Source: Pseudomonadota bacterium
GTDB lineage: Bacteria; Desulfobacterota; Binatia; Binatales; Binataceae
Length of the DNA stretch: 64,000 bases
Assembly: GCA_021325355.1 (NCBI GenBank)
Contig: JAJPHI010000018.1
Coordinates: 193,617 to 257,616, forward strand
Reading direction: 5' to 3'
Shown here: positions 1 to 10,315 of the stretch, piece after piece
Layout of the letters: each line of letters begins with the position of its first letter
Numbering within the stretch: position 1 is the stretch's first letter
Translations under genes and position numbers: made by a program
Notes under the pieces: model-generated
The model's input: only the letters and a program-made list of their open reading frames with translations
Told to the model about the DNA's origin: nothing
Database searches by the model: none

Positions 1-9
1 ATTCAGCCA

Positions 10-1152
10 ATGTCACAACTGGACTATAAGGCATCGCTGTTGCGGACCGCGCGCCGGATCGTGGTCAAGGTCGGCAGCGCGGTGCTTTCGGACACGAGCG
101 GTCTGCGGGTCGAGGTTATCGATCGTCTTGCGGCGCAGATCGACCGGGTTATGCGCGAGGGGCGCGAGGTCGTGCTGGTGAGCTCGGGCGCGATCGCCGC
201 GGGGCGCGCGCGGCTCGGCTATCGCGGGCGCTCGATGGGCGAGCGGCAGGCGGCCGCCGCGGCCGGTCAAATCGAGCTGATGCGGCAATGGGCCAAGGCC
301 TTTGATGGGCGCGGGCGGACGGTCGCGCAACTGTTGCTGACGCATGACGACGTGGCTGACCGCAAGCGGCGCACCAACGCCGTCCATACGCTGCGGGCGC
401 TGCTCAGCGCCGGCGTGCTGCCGATCATCAACGAGAACGATACGGTCGCGGTCGAAGAGATTAGAATGGGCGACAACGACGTGCTCTCGTCGATGGTGGC
501 CGGGATGGTGCAGGCGCAGATGCTGGTGATACTGAGCGACGTGGCCGGGGTGATGACGCGCGATCCGCGCAAGCATCCCGATGCCCGCCTGATCCCGCTG
601 ATCAGCGACGTCGAGTCGGCGACGCGCGGGCTGGTGGCCGAGAAGGCCGGTCCGTTGGGCAGCGGCGGCATGGCGACCAAGCTCAAGGCGGCGGGACAGG
701 CGGCGCGCGCCGGGATCGCGACGATTATCGCGCCCGGTCGTGGCGGCGATAATCTGCTGGCGGTGCTCGATCCGGCGCGTGAAATCGGCACCCTGATAGC
801 GCCGTCACGCGCCCCGCTCAAGGGACACAAGCAATGGATCGCCTTCGCGCTGCGACCGGTGGGCGCGCTGGCGCTTGATCCGGGGGCCGCCGAAGCGCTG
901 CGGCACAAGGGTCGGAGCCTGTTGCCGTCAGGAATCCGCGAGGTGCGCGGCGAATTCGCGAGCGGCGACTGCGTGAGCCTGCTGGATGCCGCCGGGGTCG
1001 AGTTCGGACGCGGACTGGTGAACTATCCGTCGAGCGACGTGTCGCGCGTTTTGGGCCATCGCTCGGCCGAGATTTCGCAGGTGCTGGGCTACAAGGTGGC
1101 CGACGAGATTGTCCATCGTGACAACTTCGTGCTGCTCGAGGAACTGACGTGA
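10..1152 (+). CDS. proB: glutamate 5-kinase
   Basis: VVKVGSAVL, VSSGAIAAG, PIINENDTV, GDNDVLS, GSGGMATKL motifs; C-terminal PUA domain; precedes proA. Confidence 0.97.
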   Translation: MSQLDYKASLLRTARRIVVKVGSAVLSDTSGLRVEVIDRLAAQIDRVMREGREVVLVSSGAIAAGRARLGYRGRSMGERQAAAAAGQIELMRQWAKAFDGRGRTVAQLLLTHDDVADRKRRTNAVHTLRALLSAGVLPIINENDTVAVEEIRMGDNDVLSSMVAGMVQAQMLVILSDVAGVMTRDPRKHPDARLIPLISDVESATRGLVAEKAGPLGSGGMATKLKAAGQAARAGIATIIAPGRGGDNLLAVLDPAREIGTLIAPSRAPLKGHKQWIAFALRPVGALALDPGAAEALRHKGRSLLPSGIREVRGEFASGDCVSLLDAAGVEFGRGLVNYPSSDVSRVLGHRSAEISQVLGYKVADEIVHRDNFVLLEELT

Positions 1153-2402
1153 GCCTTGAAGCGGAGCTGTTGGCGGGGCTGGCGGCGGCGCGACGCGCCG
1201 CCCGCGCGCTCGCGCTCGCTCCCACCGAGCAAAAGAACCGGGCCCTGGCCGCGCTGGCGCGCGCGATTCCAGCGGCCACCGCGGCGATTCTGGCGGCCAA
1301 TGCGGAAGATCTCGCAACGGCCCGCGCCAATGGGCAGAACGCCGCCTTCGTCGAGCGGCTGACGCTCACGCCGGCGCGGATTGCGGCGATGGCCGAGGGC
1401 GTCAGGCAGGTGATGGATCTGCCCGACCCGGTCGGCGAGGTGATGGCGCAATGGCAGCGGCCCAACGGTCTCGAGATTGCGCAGGTGCGGGTGCCGATCG
1501 GTCTTATCGCGATCGTCTATGAATCGCGGCCGAACGTCACCGTCGATGCGGGGGTGCTCGGTCTCAAGGCCGGCAATGCGGTCGTGCTAAGGGGCGGACG
1601 CGAAGCGCTGGCCACCAATCGGGTGCTCGCCGGGTTGATCGGTAAGGCTCTTGCGACGGTCGGTCTCGACGCCGCCTGCGTGATGTTTATCGACAATCCG
1701 GACCGCGCCGCGATCCAGATCATGAAGCGCCATCCGGAGGCGATCGATTTGATCATTCCGCGCGGCGGCGGCGCGCTGAAGCAGGCCCTGCAGGGTTCCG
1801 AGGTGCCGATCCTGCCGCATTTCGACGGCATCTGTCACACTTATGTTGACCGCGATGCGGACCTGAACATGGCGGCGGAGATTTGCGTCAACGCGAAGTG
1901 CAGCCGGCCGTCGGTCTGCAACGCGATGGAAAACCTGGTGGTCCATCGCGAGGTGGCGCCGCAGTTTCTGCCGCTCGTCGCCGAGCGGCTGCTGCAGGCC
2001 GGCGTGGAGATACGCGGCGACGAGCGCACCTGCGCGATGGTTCCGGCCGCGCGGCCGGCTGCGCCGGAGGACTGGGACACCGAGTACCTCGATCTCATTT
2101 TGGCGGTGAAGGTGGTTGATACGCTTGACGAGGCGATCGCGTTCATCGGCCGTCACGGCTCGGGACTTGCCGACGCGATTGTCACGACCAGCAGTGAAAG
2201 TGCGGAGCGCTTTCAGCGCGAGGTTGATTCGGCGACGGTCTATATCAATGCGTCGACGCGCTTCACCGATGGTTTCGAGTTCGGTTTCGGCGCCGAAACC
2301 GGTATCTCGACCAACCGCCTGCACGCCCGCGGGCCGATGGGACTGCGCGAGCTGACCACCTATAAATACGTCATTCGGGGCACGGGCCAGGTGCGAAAAT
2401 GA
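1149..2402 (+). CDS. proA: gamma-glutamyl phosphate reductase
   Basis: YESRPNVT, LIIPRGG, catalytic VCNAMEN, NASTRFTDGFEFGFGAE, HARGPMGL; GTGA overlap with proB. Confidence 0.97.
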   Translation: MSLEAELLAGLAAARRAARALALAPTEQKNRALAALARAIPAATAAILAANAEDLATARANGQNAAFVERLTLTPARIAAMAEGVRQVMDLPDPVGEVMAQWQRPNGLEIAQVRVPIGLIAIVYESRPNVTVDAGVLGLKAGNAVVLRGGREALATNRVLAGLIGKALATVGLDAACVMFIDNPDRAAIQIMKRHPEAIDLIIPRGGGALKQALQGSEVPILPHFDGICHTYVDRDADLNMAAEICVNAKCSRPSVCNAMENLVVHREVAPQFLPLVAERLLQAGVEIRGDERTCAMVPAARPAAPEDWDTEYLDLILAVKVVDTLDEAIAFIGRHGSGLADAIVTTSSESAERFQREVDSATVYINASTRFTDGFEFGFGAETGISTNRLHARGPMGLRELTTYKYVIRGTGQVRK

Positions 2403-2435
2403 GCAGGCCGTTATCGTAGAGCGCCGCCGGCATCA

Positions 2436-3074
2436 ATGCGCACAGGACTATTCGGCGGGAGTTTCAACCCGATTCATTTCGGCCATCTGCGCGCCGCGGA
2501 GGAGGTGCGGGAAGCGCTGGGGCTCGATCTGGTTTACTTTATTCCGGCCGCGCTGCCGCCGCATAAGCCGGGTGACACGCTGGCCGCCGCCGACCATCGC
2601 CTGCACATGGTGCAACTGGCGACGAAGGGCAATCGCCACTTCATGGTCTCGGATAGCGAGCTGAAGCGCGCGGGGCGTTCGTATACGGTCGATACGATTC
2701 GGCATTTTATCGCGACGATGCGGGGCCGCCCCGAGCTTTACCTGCTGCTCGGCACCGATCAATTCATGGAGTTCGAGACCTGGCGCGAGTGCGACGAGAT
2801 CATGCGGCTATGCAATCTGGCGGTGCATTATCGGCCGCGCGCGGGGGAGACGGATAGCGACCTGTCCCTTGCCGCGGTGAACCGCTTCGGCTACGTTAAG
2901 GAGGGAGAGCATTATACCAATCGAGGCGGTCGCACGCTGTCCGTTATTCCCACCACGTTCCTGCCGATCTCGGCGACGATGATTCGAGGGAAACTCGCCC
3001 TGCGCAAGTCGATTCGCTATCTGGTTCCCGGCGACGTCGCTGACTATATCGAGCGTCACTCGCTGTACTTGTGA
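2436..3074 (+). CDS. nadD: nicotinate-nucleotide adenylyltransferase
   Basis: GGSFNPIHFGHL (HxGH), PPHK, SYTVDT, ISATMIR; conserved proA-nadD-rsfS order. Confidence 0.95.
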   Translation: MRTGLFGGSFNPIHFGHLRAAEEVREALGLDLVYFIPAALPPHKPGDTLAAADHRLHMVQLATKGNRHFMVSDSELKRAGRSYTVDTIRHFIATMRGRPELYLLLGTDQFMEFETWRECDEIMRLCNLAVHYRPRAGETDSDLSLAAVNRFGYVKEGEHYTNRGGRTLSVIPTTFLPISATMIRGKLALRKSIRYLVPGDVADYIERHSLYL

Positions 3075-3463
3075 CCGACACACTGACCCAGACGTTTACG
3101 GCGGTCGAAGCGGCGCTGGAGAAGAAGGCGTACGATTTGCGAGTAGTGCAGGTGCCGCACCTGCAGCCGATCGCTGATTACTTTGTAATCGCGACTGGGC
3201 GTTCCGACGTGCAGGTGCAGGCTATCGCGCGCGGAATTGAAGAACGGATGGCGCTGCGCGGACTCCATCCGCTGGCGATTGAGGGCTTCAACCTCGGGCA
3301 CTGGATCATCCTCGATTATGGCGACTTCGTGATCCACGTGTTCTTCGAGCCGTCGCGCGAGTTTTATCGGCTCGAGAGCACCTGGAGCGATGCCGAAGAG
3401 GTGCCGCTGCCGGAACCGTTGCGGCGTCAGGCGCAGGAATTGCGGCTCGGCGCGCTCGGCTGA
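3071..3463 (+). CDS. rsfS: ribosome silencing factor
   Basis: ADYFVIATG, WIILDYGDFVIHVF, REFYRLE motifs. Confidence 0.95.
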   Translation: MTDTLTQTFTAVEAALEKKAYDLRVVQVPHLQPIADYFVIATGRSDVQVQAIARGIEERMALRGLHPLAIEGFNLGHWIILDYGDFVIHVFFEPSREFYRLESTWSDAEEVPLPEPLRRQAQELRLGALG

Positions 3464-3473
3464 CGGGGAACGG

Positions 3474-4313
3474 CTAGGTCTGGCGCAGCAGTCCGCCGAG
3501 CTCCTGCGGAGCGAGTCTGATCCCGATGTAAAACGGGCCGAACTCGCCGTAGCGCGCGCTCGATTCGTCGAAGCGCATTTCGTAGACGAGCTGTTTGAAC
3601 ACCAGCGGATCGTCGGCGAACAGGTCGACGCCCCATTCCCAGTCGTCGAAGCCGATTGATCCGGAAATGACCTGGTTGACGCGACCGGCATAGCGGCGGC
3701 CGATCATGCCGTGCTCGTGCATCAGGCGCTGGCGTTGCTCGAGCGGGAGCATGTACCAGTTGTCGGCGCCGCTGCGTCGTTTGTTCATCGGATAGAAGCA
3801 GACATAGCGGCGCTGCGGGATGCGCGACCAGAGGCGCGAGGCCAGTTTCCGGCGTTGCGACTCGAGTTCCGCGGCAACCGCTTCGTTCCATTGCGCCGAG
3901 TGCGGCTCGAGGCCGCGCTCGGTCAGCTCACGATGGAGTTTGACGGTGGCTTCGTAGAGGCCGATTTCGATCAGCGAGAGGTACGAGTAGGACGGTTCGA
4001 GGAAGACGCCGAGCGGCATCTGGGCGACGGTTTGCTCGGCCGCGCTGAGCTCGTCAAGGGTGCGACGGAAATGGATAACGATTAGATCGCCCTTATGCCC
4101 GAGCTGGCGGAAGAGCGCCGTGTCACCGTCCTCGCGCTGCGCCATCGCGGAGAACGTCGCGGCGGCTTCGGCGACGAGCGCCTCGCGGTCGCTCGGCGCA
4201 AGCGCGCGCAAAGCGTCGCGTCTCAGGCGGAAGAACTGATGGAGGACGGCAAAGCCCTCGAGGGTATGGGGTGCCGGGTTCGAACGCGGCTGGCTCGGAT
4301 CTCGATTATCCAC
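3474..4313 (-). CDS. hemQ: coproheme decarboxylase (HemQ/ChdC, chlorite dismutase superfamily)
   Basis: GHKGDL, CFYPMNKRR (YPMxK), NWYML, proximal His in MHEHG, QVISGSIGFDDWEWGV, MRFDESSARYGEFGPF. Confidence 0.85.
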   Translation of the reverse strand: MDNRDPSQPRSNPAPHTLEGFAVLHQFFRLRRDALRALAPSDREALVAEAAATFSAMAQREDGDTALFRQLGHKGDLIVIHFRRTLDELSAAEQTVAQMPLGVFLEPSYSYLSLIEIGLYEATVKLHRELTERGLEPHSAQWNEAVAAELESQRRKLASRLWSRIPQRRYVCFYPMNKRRSGADNWYMLPLEQRQRLMHEHGMIGRRYAGRVNQVISGSIGFDDWEWGVDLFADDPLVFKQLVYEMRFDESSARYGEFGPFYIGIRLAPQELGGLLRQT

Positions 4314-4341
4314 GCGGGCCTATTCTAAGACAGCCGAGGGG

Positions 4342-5733
4342 CTACGAGAACCGGTCTTTGCGCCGGTCGGCGGCCTCCGCGCAGGTCTGCACAAAGGCGG
4401 CGGGCACGGCGGGGTTCGAAGCCCAATGGGCGTGAACGTAGGAAGCGATGACGTTGGCGCGGCGGTAGCCCTCAGCAAAGGGCCCGGCGCCCCATCGTGG
4501 AACGACGCGGTAGATCCGTTCAATCGCGGCGGCGTCGGGTTCGAGCGACGAATAACGAAACTGATGGCCGCGCCAGGAGGTGCCCGTCGGGCCGAGCAGA
4601 CTCGGCGCGGTGGTCGTGACCTCGACGTAACCGAGGGCCTGCAGCGTTGAATGCATCACGGCGGTTCCCGGAATCAGCGCGGCCATCGGATACGTTTCGT
4701 GGTCGAAGGTGCGGATGGCCTCGGCAAGATACATGAGGCCGCCGCATTCGGCGTAGATCGGTTTACCAGCGGCGGCGAACTCACGGATCGCCTGCAGCAT
4801 CGGCAGATTGGCGGAGAGCTCGCGCGCCGCGGTTTCCGGATAGCCGCCACCGAAATAAAGCCCTGCGACCGCCGGCAGTGTGCGGTCGCGAATCGGCGAG
4901 AAGCGGACCAACTCGGCGCCCGCCGCCTCGAGCGCCGCGAGATTATACTGATAGTAGAAATGGAACGCCTCATCGTAGGCGATCCCGATGGGGCAGCGTG
5001 CGATGGCGCGTGGGGCGCGGTCGCGATCGCCGGCGAGCGGCGGCGAACTCCGCGCCAGCGCGATGATCGAATCGAGATCGAACCATTCCACGGCCATCTG
5101 TCCCAGCCGCTGGAAGACGCTTTCCGGCGTCGCGCTGTTGATCGCCGAGACCAGACCGAGGTGACGTTCGGGGAGCGTAATCTCGGGCGCGGCGGGCAGG
5201 GCGCCGACGATGGGCATCGGCACCGGCGTGCGTCGCAGAAGCTCGAGATGGCCGCGGCTGCCGACGCGATTGCAGATAAGACCGGCGATGCGAATGGACG
5301 AGTCGAACTGCGCGAAGCCGAGGGCCAGCGCCGCGATGGTGCGGGCCATCCCCGAGGCGTCAACGACAAGGAGCACGGGCGCGCCGAGCCAGCGCGCGAT
5401 CTCCGCGGTGGAGCCTTCGTCGGCCGTGGGCGCGGCCGAGTCGAACAGTCCCATCACGCCTTCGATTATCGCGATATCGGCGTCGGCGGCGGCAGTGGCG
5501 AAGGTTTCGAGGACGCCGGCCCGGCCCATCATCCAGCCGTCGAGATTGTGCGACGACGAAAGTGCGGCGCGCTGATGATAGCCGGGGTCGAGGTAATCGG
5601 GGCCGCACTTGAAGGCGGCCACCTTGAGACCGCGGTCGTGCAGGGCGCGCATCAGCGCCGCGGTGACGGTGGTTTTGCCGACGCCGCTGCCGGTCGCCGC
5701 GACGACGATTCTCGGCGTCACGCAGATAGCCAT
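4342..5733 (-). CDS. cobB: cobyrinate a,c-diamide synthase
   Basis: SGVGKTT, FKCGPDYLDP, IEGVMGLFD, LPERHLGL, GGGYPE, YAECGGLMYL, ASYVHAHW. Confidence 0.92.
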   Translation of the reverse strand: MAICVTPRIVVAATGSGVGKTTVTAALMRALHDRGLKVAAFKCGPDYLDPGYHQRAALSSSHNLDGWMMGRAGVLETFATAAADADIAIIEGVMGLFDSAAPTADEGSTAEIARWLGAPVLLVVDASGMARTIAALALGFAQFDSSIRIAGLICNRVGSRGHLELLRRTPVPMPIVGALPAAPEITLPERHLGLVSAINSATPESVFQRLGQMAVEWFDLDSIIALARSSPPLAGDRDRAPRAIARCPIGIAYDEAFHFYYQYNLAALEAAGAELVRFSPIRDRTLPAVAGLYFGGGYPETAARELSANLPMLQAIREFAAAGKPIYAECGGLMYLAEAIRTFDHETYPMAALIPGTAVMHSTLQALGYVEVTTTAPSLLGPTGTSWRGHQFRYSSLEPDAAAIERIYRVVPRWGAGPFAEGYRRANVIASYVHAHWASNPAVPAAFVQTCAEAADRRKDRFS

Positions 5734-5743
5734 GCCAAATCGC

Positions 5744-6610
5744 TCATGCGGGCGGCATTTGCGCGAGCCACTGCCGCAACTGCGGTGCGAGATCGGGTCG
5801 TTTCAGCCCAAAACCAATCTGCGCGGTCAGGAAGCCCAGGCGGTCGCCGAGGTCATAGCGGATGCCCTCGATCTCAAGGCCGTACAGCGTGCGGCGTTGC
5901 GCGAGCGCGAGCAGCGCGTCGGTCAGTTGGATCTCGCCACCTGCGCCGGGTTTAACCTGCTCGAGCAGGGTAAAAATTTCGGGTGTCAGGATATAGCGGC
6001 CCATGATTGCGAGATCGCTCGGGGCATCTTCGGGCGCCGGCTTCTCGACCATCCCGGTGAGATGCCACAGGCGGCCGGCGGCCGGCCGGACCGCGACGAT
6101 CCCGTACTTCGAAAGATCGACGCGGGCGACGCGCATCAGCGCGACGGTCGGCGCCGCGGTGGCTTCGGCATGCTCGAGCAATTGCCGCAGGCACGGCGTG
6201 GGGCTGTCAAAAATGTCGTCGGGCAGGATCACGGCGAAGGGTTCGTCGCCGACGGCCGCGCGCGCCTGCAAGACCGCGTGACCGAGGCCGAGGGGCTCGC
6301 TCTGCCAGGCGACGGTGAAGCGCGCGAGGCGGTTCGGCGCGCGCGCGATTTCGAGCAGGTCGAGCTTGCGGCGCTGCTCGAGGTGGCGCTCGAGCAGCGG
6401 CGCCGGCTGGAAATGCTCGAGCAGCAGCTCCTTGCCGGGACCCAGCAGCAGGATGATCTCTTCGATTCCTGAAGCCGCCGCCTCTTCCACGACCATCTGC
6501 AGCGCGGGTTTATCGACGACCGGCAGGATCTCTTTCGGGACCACCTTCGATGCGGGCAGCATCCGGGTGCCGAGGCCTGCCGCCACGATTACGGCCTTGC
6601 GTACCTTCAT
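5744..6610 (-). CDS. galU: UTP--glucose-1-phosphate uridylyltransferase
   Basis: AAGLGTRMLPASKVVPKEILP, LGLGHAV, VEKP, GEIQLTDAL. Confidence 0.93.
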   Translation of the reverse strand: MKVRKAVIVAAGLGTRMLPASKVVPKEILPVVDKPALQMVVEEAAASGIEEIILLLGPGKELLLEHFQPAPLLERHLEQRRKLDLLEIARAPNRLARFTVAWQSEPLGLGHAVLQARAAVGDEPFAVILPDDIFDSPTPCLRQLLEHAEATAAPTVALMRVARVDLSKYGIVAVRPAAGRLWHLTGMVEKPAPEDAPSDLAIMGRYILTPEIFTLLEQVKPGAGGEIQLTDALLALAQRRTLYGLEIEGIRYDLGDRLGFLTAQIGFGLKRPDLAPQLRQWLAQMPPA

Positions 6611-6662
6611 GCGTTCAAGATGGCGGCGAGCGGCCCCTGGAGCAAGGTAAAAATTGACGGCG

Positions 6663-6920
6663 CTACGCGTCGGACGCCGTGCGGTCCGGCGGATGCCCGA
6701 TCATCTGCATGCCGTAACGAATCATGGCGACGAGCCGCTCGATGCGGTCGAGCAATTCGGGATGAGCGGCGGGCGGCGCGAGCGGCAGTTCGGCCGCCGC
6801 TGAGGCAAGACTTGCGCGCATCAAGGCGACGGCCTTTTCGAGATCGAGATGTTCCGTGCGGCGCCGTTGCGCGCGTTCGCGCGCCGCCTGCCGCTCGTGG
6901 AGTTCAATCAGCTCGCCCAT
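6663..6920 (-). CDS. hypothetical protein (85 aa, helical)
   Basis: ATG-initiated ORF filling the trmJ-galU gap on the same strand; helical composition; no recognised family. Confidence 0.6.
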   Translation of the reverse strand: MGELIELHERQAARERAQRRRTEHLDLEKAVALMRASLASAAAELPLAPPAAHPELLDRIERLVAMIRYGMQMIGHPPDRTASDA

Positions 6921-6967
6921 CGATCAATTATTTATCGCGACCGGCAGGGGCGGGCCAGAGGGGACGG

Positions 6968-7735
6968 TCAGCGCAATTTTTGGCCGCGCCGTCGTTTGGC
7001 GGCGAGCGTTTCGTAGCCGCCGTCGGCGACCCATTGCACCTGCCGGGCGATACCGCTCAGGATATCCAGCTCGCGCGGTCGGATACCGCCGCGTCCGAGC
7101 ATCGCGCGCAGGGTCATCATGAGATGGTCGGGGTTTTCCGCCGGCAGAAAACCGATCGCGAGGAGTGCGGAGGTGAGCCGCTGGAACATGGCTTCGACTT
7201 CGTTGGCGCCGGCGAGCTGCACGGTGGTCGGCAGGTCGCCGGGGTGCTGCAGCGCGAGACGCAATTCGTAGGCGACCAGGAGCACGGCCTGCGCCAGGTT
7301 GAGGGACGCATAGGCGGGGGACGCCGGGATCGTAATCAGGCGCTGGCAGTGCTTGAGGTCTTCGTTGGTCAGGCCGAAGTCTTCGGGACCGAAGAGCATC
7401 GCGATTTGATTGGCGGCGGCGCATGCGGCGAGATCGGCGGCGGCGTCGCGCAGCGTGCGCGCTTCACTGCGATAGAGGCCGCGGCGCGCAGTGGTGCCGA
7501 CCACCAGCGTGCGATCGGCGAGGGCGGCTTCCAGGTCAGGATAGGTACGCGCCTGTTCGAGAATGTCGGCCGCGTGCACCGCCATCGCCGCGGCGCGCGT
7601 CGCATCGTGGCGCTGCGGAGCGACCAGGCGCAGATCGGCGAAGCCCATATTCTTCATCGCGCGGGCCGTCGCTCCGATATTGCCGGGTGACTTCGGTCGC
7701 ACCATCACGAAGGCAAAACGATCGAAACCGTCCAT
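6968..7735 (-). CDS. trmJ: SPOUT RNA methyltransferase, TrmJ/LasT family
   Basis: PGNIGATARAMKNMG, FGPEDFGLTNEDL, YASLNLAQAV. Confidence 0.88.
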   Translation of the reverse strand: MDGFDRFAFVMVRPKSPGNIGATARAMKNMGFADLRLVAPQRHDATRAAAMAVHAADILEQARTYPDLEAALADRTLVVGTTARRGLYRSEARTLRDAAADLAACAAANQIAMLFGPEDFGLTNEDLKHCQRLITIPASPAYASLNLAQAVLLVAYELRLALQHPGDLPTTVQLAGANEVEAMFQRLTSALLAIGFLPAENPDHLMMTLRAMLGRGGIRPRELDILSGIARQVQWVADGGYETLAAKRRRGQKLR

Positions 7736-7815
7736 CGGGGTTCATTCTGCCACGTTCGCGCAGCCGTACGAGATCGCCTGTTGTCGGGAGGCGGCGGCCA
7801 TTACAATCGGCTTCC

Positions 7816-8472
7816 ATGAAGATCGTCTCCATCGGTGATATCCACATGGCGACCGGCAATCTTGCGCGGCTGGCGCAAGTGCTGCGTTCGGCCGACCTGA
7901 TGATCCTCGCCGGCGACCTGACGAACTTCGGCGGCGTCGAGGACTCGCGCAAGGTCCTGGAGGCGGTGAGCGAGTATTGTCAGCGGGTGCTGGCGGTGCC
8001 GGGCAATGTCGATCAGCGCGAAGTCTTTCCGTTTCTCGAAGAAGCGGGGGTGGCGCTGCATGGCCGCGGCGTGGTGATCGACGGTGTCGCGATCTTCGGC
8101 TGCGGCGGTTCGAATCTGACGCCGTTTCATACGCCGAGCGAGCTGAGTGAAGCGGAGATCGAGCAGACGCTACGGCGCGGCTATGGGGAAGTCGGTGAGC
8201 GGCGGCCGCTCGTGATGGTCTGTCATGCGCCGCCGCTGCGCACGCGGTGCGATCGTCTGCGCGACGGCACGGCGGTGGGCAGCGCGGCGGCGCGCCGGCT
8301 CATCGAGGAGGTGCAGCCCGAAGTGTGCATTTCCGGGCACATCCACGAATCCGCCGGGCGCGATCTCATTGGTCGGACCCCGGTGCTTAATGCAGGCGCG
8401 TTCCGCGACGGCGGGTATATCGTGGTGGAGACGCGCGGACTCGACGTCGCCGCGCGCCTCGAATTTCTTTAG
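7816..8472 (+). CDS. metallophosphoesterase (calcineurin-like)
   Basis: GDIH, AGDLT, VPGNVD, CHAPP, SGHIHE; start moved to ATG 7816 (MKIVSIGDIH) because the longer ORF overlaps trmJ. Confidence 0.9.
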   Translation: MKIVSIGDIHMATGNLARLAQVLRSADLMILAGDLTNFGGVEDSRKVLEAVSEYCQRVLAVPGNVDQREVFPFLEEAGVALHGRGVVIDGVAIFGCGGSNLTPFHTPSELSEAEIEQTLRRGYGEVGERRPLVMVCHAPPLRTRCDRLRDGTAVGSAAARRLIEEVQPEVCISGHIHESAGRDLIGRTPVLNAGAFRDGGYIVVETRGLDVAARLEFL

Positions 8473-8483
8473 AGCGTGAGGCG

Positions 8484-9659
8484 CTAGCGGCTTTCCTTCA
8501 TGGCTTCGACGAGGATCGCGGCGATTTCGGGCCGGGTGTACTCGGGGGGCGGCGCCTGTCCCGCGCGCAGCATCTCGCGGACTTTCGTGCCGGAGAGCAG
8601 AAGGCGATCGGCGTCGGTATGGGGACAAGTCTTGTACGACGCCATGCCGAGGCATTTGCTGCAGTAAAAGGTGTTTTCGAACATCAGCGGGGTGATGCCG
8701 ATCTCGTCGCGCCCAAAGCGCTCGAACATTTTCTGCGCGTCATAAGTGCCGTAGTAATTGCCGACGCCCGCGTGATCCCGCCCGACGATGAAGTGGGTGC
8801 AGCCGTAGTTTCGGCGAATAATGGCGTGCAGGATCGCCTCGCGCGGCCCGCCGTAGCGCATGTGCGCCGGCATCACCGAGAGCATCGCGCGACCCTTCGG
8901 ATAGTAGAATTCGAGTAACACTTTGTAGGTTTTCATCCGGATCGCCGCCGGCACGTCGTCGGACTTGGTCTCGCCGACCAGCGGATGAAGCAGGAAGCCG
9001 TCGCAGATTTCGAGCGCGGCTTTCTGGATATACTCGTGCGCCCGATGGGTCGGGTTGCGGGTCTGGAAGGCGACGATCTTGCGCCAGCCGAGTTCGCGAA
9101 AGCGGGCCCGCGTCTCGCGAGGTTCGAGCCGATACTCAAGGAAGGTGCGGCCCGGAATATCGTCGATGAGGGTGACGGTGCCGCCGAGACACCAGGGCGG
9201 CGTCGAGGTGACGTTCCTGGCGCCGGGATGGGCGTCCTCGGCGGTGCCGAAGACGGCCTCCGCCTCGCGGCTGCGATCGACCTGGAAGATGTCGGTGACT
9301 CTCTGAATCGCCAGCGGCGCGCCGTTTTCGGCGACGAGCGCGACTTCCTGGCCGGGCTTGAGCGAACGGGCAAGCGCTTCCTCGACGCCGAGGGTGATCG
9401 GAATTGACCAGGGGGTGCCGTTCGCGAGCCGCATGTCATCGCGACTGCGCACGTAGTCCGCCTCGGTCATGAAACCGGTCAGCGGGGTGAAGGCTCCCGA
9501 CGCCAGCATCTCGAGGTCGGCCAGATCGCGCGCGCTGAGCGGCGCCTGCACCAGGCCCTCCGCATGCTTGCGCAAGCCCACCCGCTCGCTGGCCGGGGCC
9601 TTGAGGTCGACCAGTTCACCACCACCGTGCGCGCTAATCGCGTCGTCTTTAATACTCAT
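8484..9659 (-). CDS. sat: sulfate adenylyltransferase
   Basis: [46 protein letters not shown]. Confidence 0.96.
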   Translation of the reverse strand: MSIKDDAISAHGGGELVDLKAPASERVGLRKHAEGLVQAPLSARDLADLEMLASGAFTPLTGFMTEADYVRSRDDMRLANGTPWSIPITLGVEEALARSLKPGQEVALVAENGAPLAIQRVTDIFQVDRSREAEAVFGTAEDAHPGARNVTSTPPWCLGGTVTLIDDIPGRTFLEYRLEPRETRARFRELGWRKIVAFQTRNPTHRAHEYIQKAALEICDGFLLHPLVGETKSDDVPAAIRMKTYKVLLEFYYPKGRAMLSVMPAHMRYGGPREAILHAIIRRNYGCTHFIVGRDHAGVGNYYGTYDAQKMFERFGRDEIGITPLMFENTFYCSKCLGMASYKTCPHTDADRLLLSGTKVREMLRAGQAPPPEYTRPEIAAILVEAMKESR

Positions 9660-10195
9660 CGGGCAACACCATTGATAAAACCCTTGGCTTCGAGTGCGGC
9701 CAGCAGCCGCGCGAGACTTTCTTCGCGCGTCTCGGTATGCGAATTGACGACAAGTTCAGGCGCCAGCGGCGGTTCGTAGGGATCGTCGACGCCGGTGAAA
9801 TTCTTGATCTCGCCGGCGAGCGCCTTCTTGTAGAGCCCCTTGACGTCGCGCTCGACGAGGGTATCGAGCGGACACTCGACATAAACCTCGAAGAAGCGGT
9901 CGTGCATCTTGCGCACTTCCTCGCGCACGCTGCGGTAGGGGGAAATCGCCGCCGAGATCGCGATTACGCCGTTGCGCGCGAGCAAGCGGCAGACCCATCC
10001 GATACGTCGGATATTGGTATCGCGGTCCTCCTTGGAGAAACCCAGACCTTTGGAGAGATTGGTGCGCACCTCATCGCCGTCGAGAATCTCGACCCGATGC
10101 TGGCGGGCGCGAAGTTCATCGGCCACCAGGTTGGCGAGCGTTGACTTGCCGGCACCTGACAGGCCGGTGAACCAAAGCGTGAATCCGTGCTGCAT
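9656..10195 (-). CDS. cysC: adenylyl-sulfate kinase
   Basis: [49 protein letters not shown]; ATG at 10195. Confidence 0.95.
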   Translation of the reverse strand: MQHGFTLWFTGLSGAGKSTLANLVADELRARQHRVEILDGDEVRTNLSKGLGFSKEDRDTNIRRIGWVCRLLARNGVIAISAAISPYRSVREEVRKMHDRFFEVYVECPLDTLVERDVKGLYKKALAGEIKNFTGVDDPYEPPLAPELVVNSHTETREESLARLLAALEAKGFINGVAR

Positions 10196-10226
10196 TTTCC
10201 GGTAGCTTTCCCCCAAGGACAAATAT

Positions 10227-10278
10227 GAGTCAACAGACTCTATAAGTCCAGTTTATAGTTGACGTTGACTTCGAGCAA
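10227..10278 (-). promoter_or_regulatory. putative sigma70 promoter of cysC-sat with overlapping palindromes
   Basis: Minus strand TTGCTC(10278-10273)-17 nt-TAAACT(10255-10250); palindromes CTATAA-N7-TTATAG (10240-10258) and GAGTC-N4-GACTC (10227-10240); AT-rich. Confidence 0.45.
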
Positions 10279-10315
10279 CAAAACTTTTATCGCCAGGCGA
10301 CTCGCCGCGATCTTT

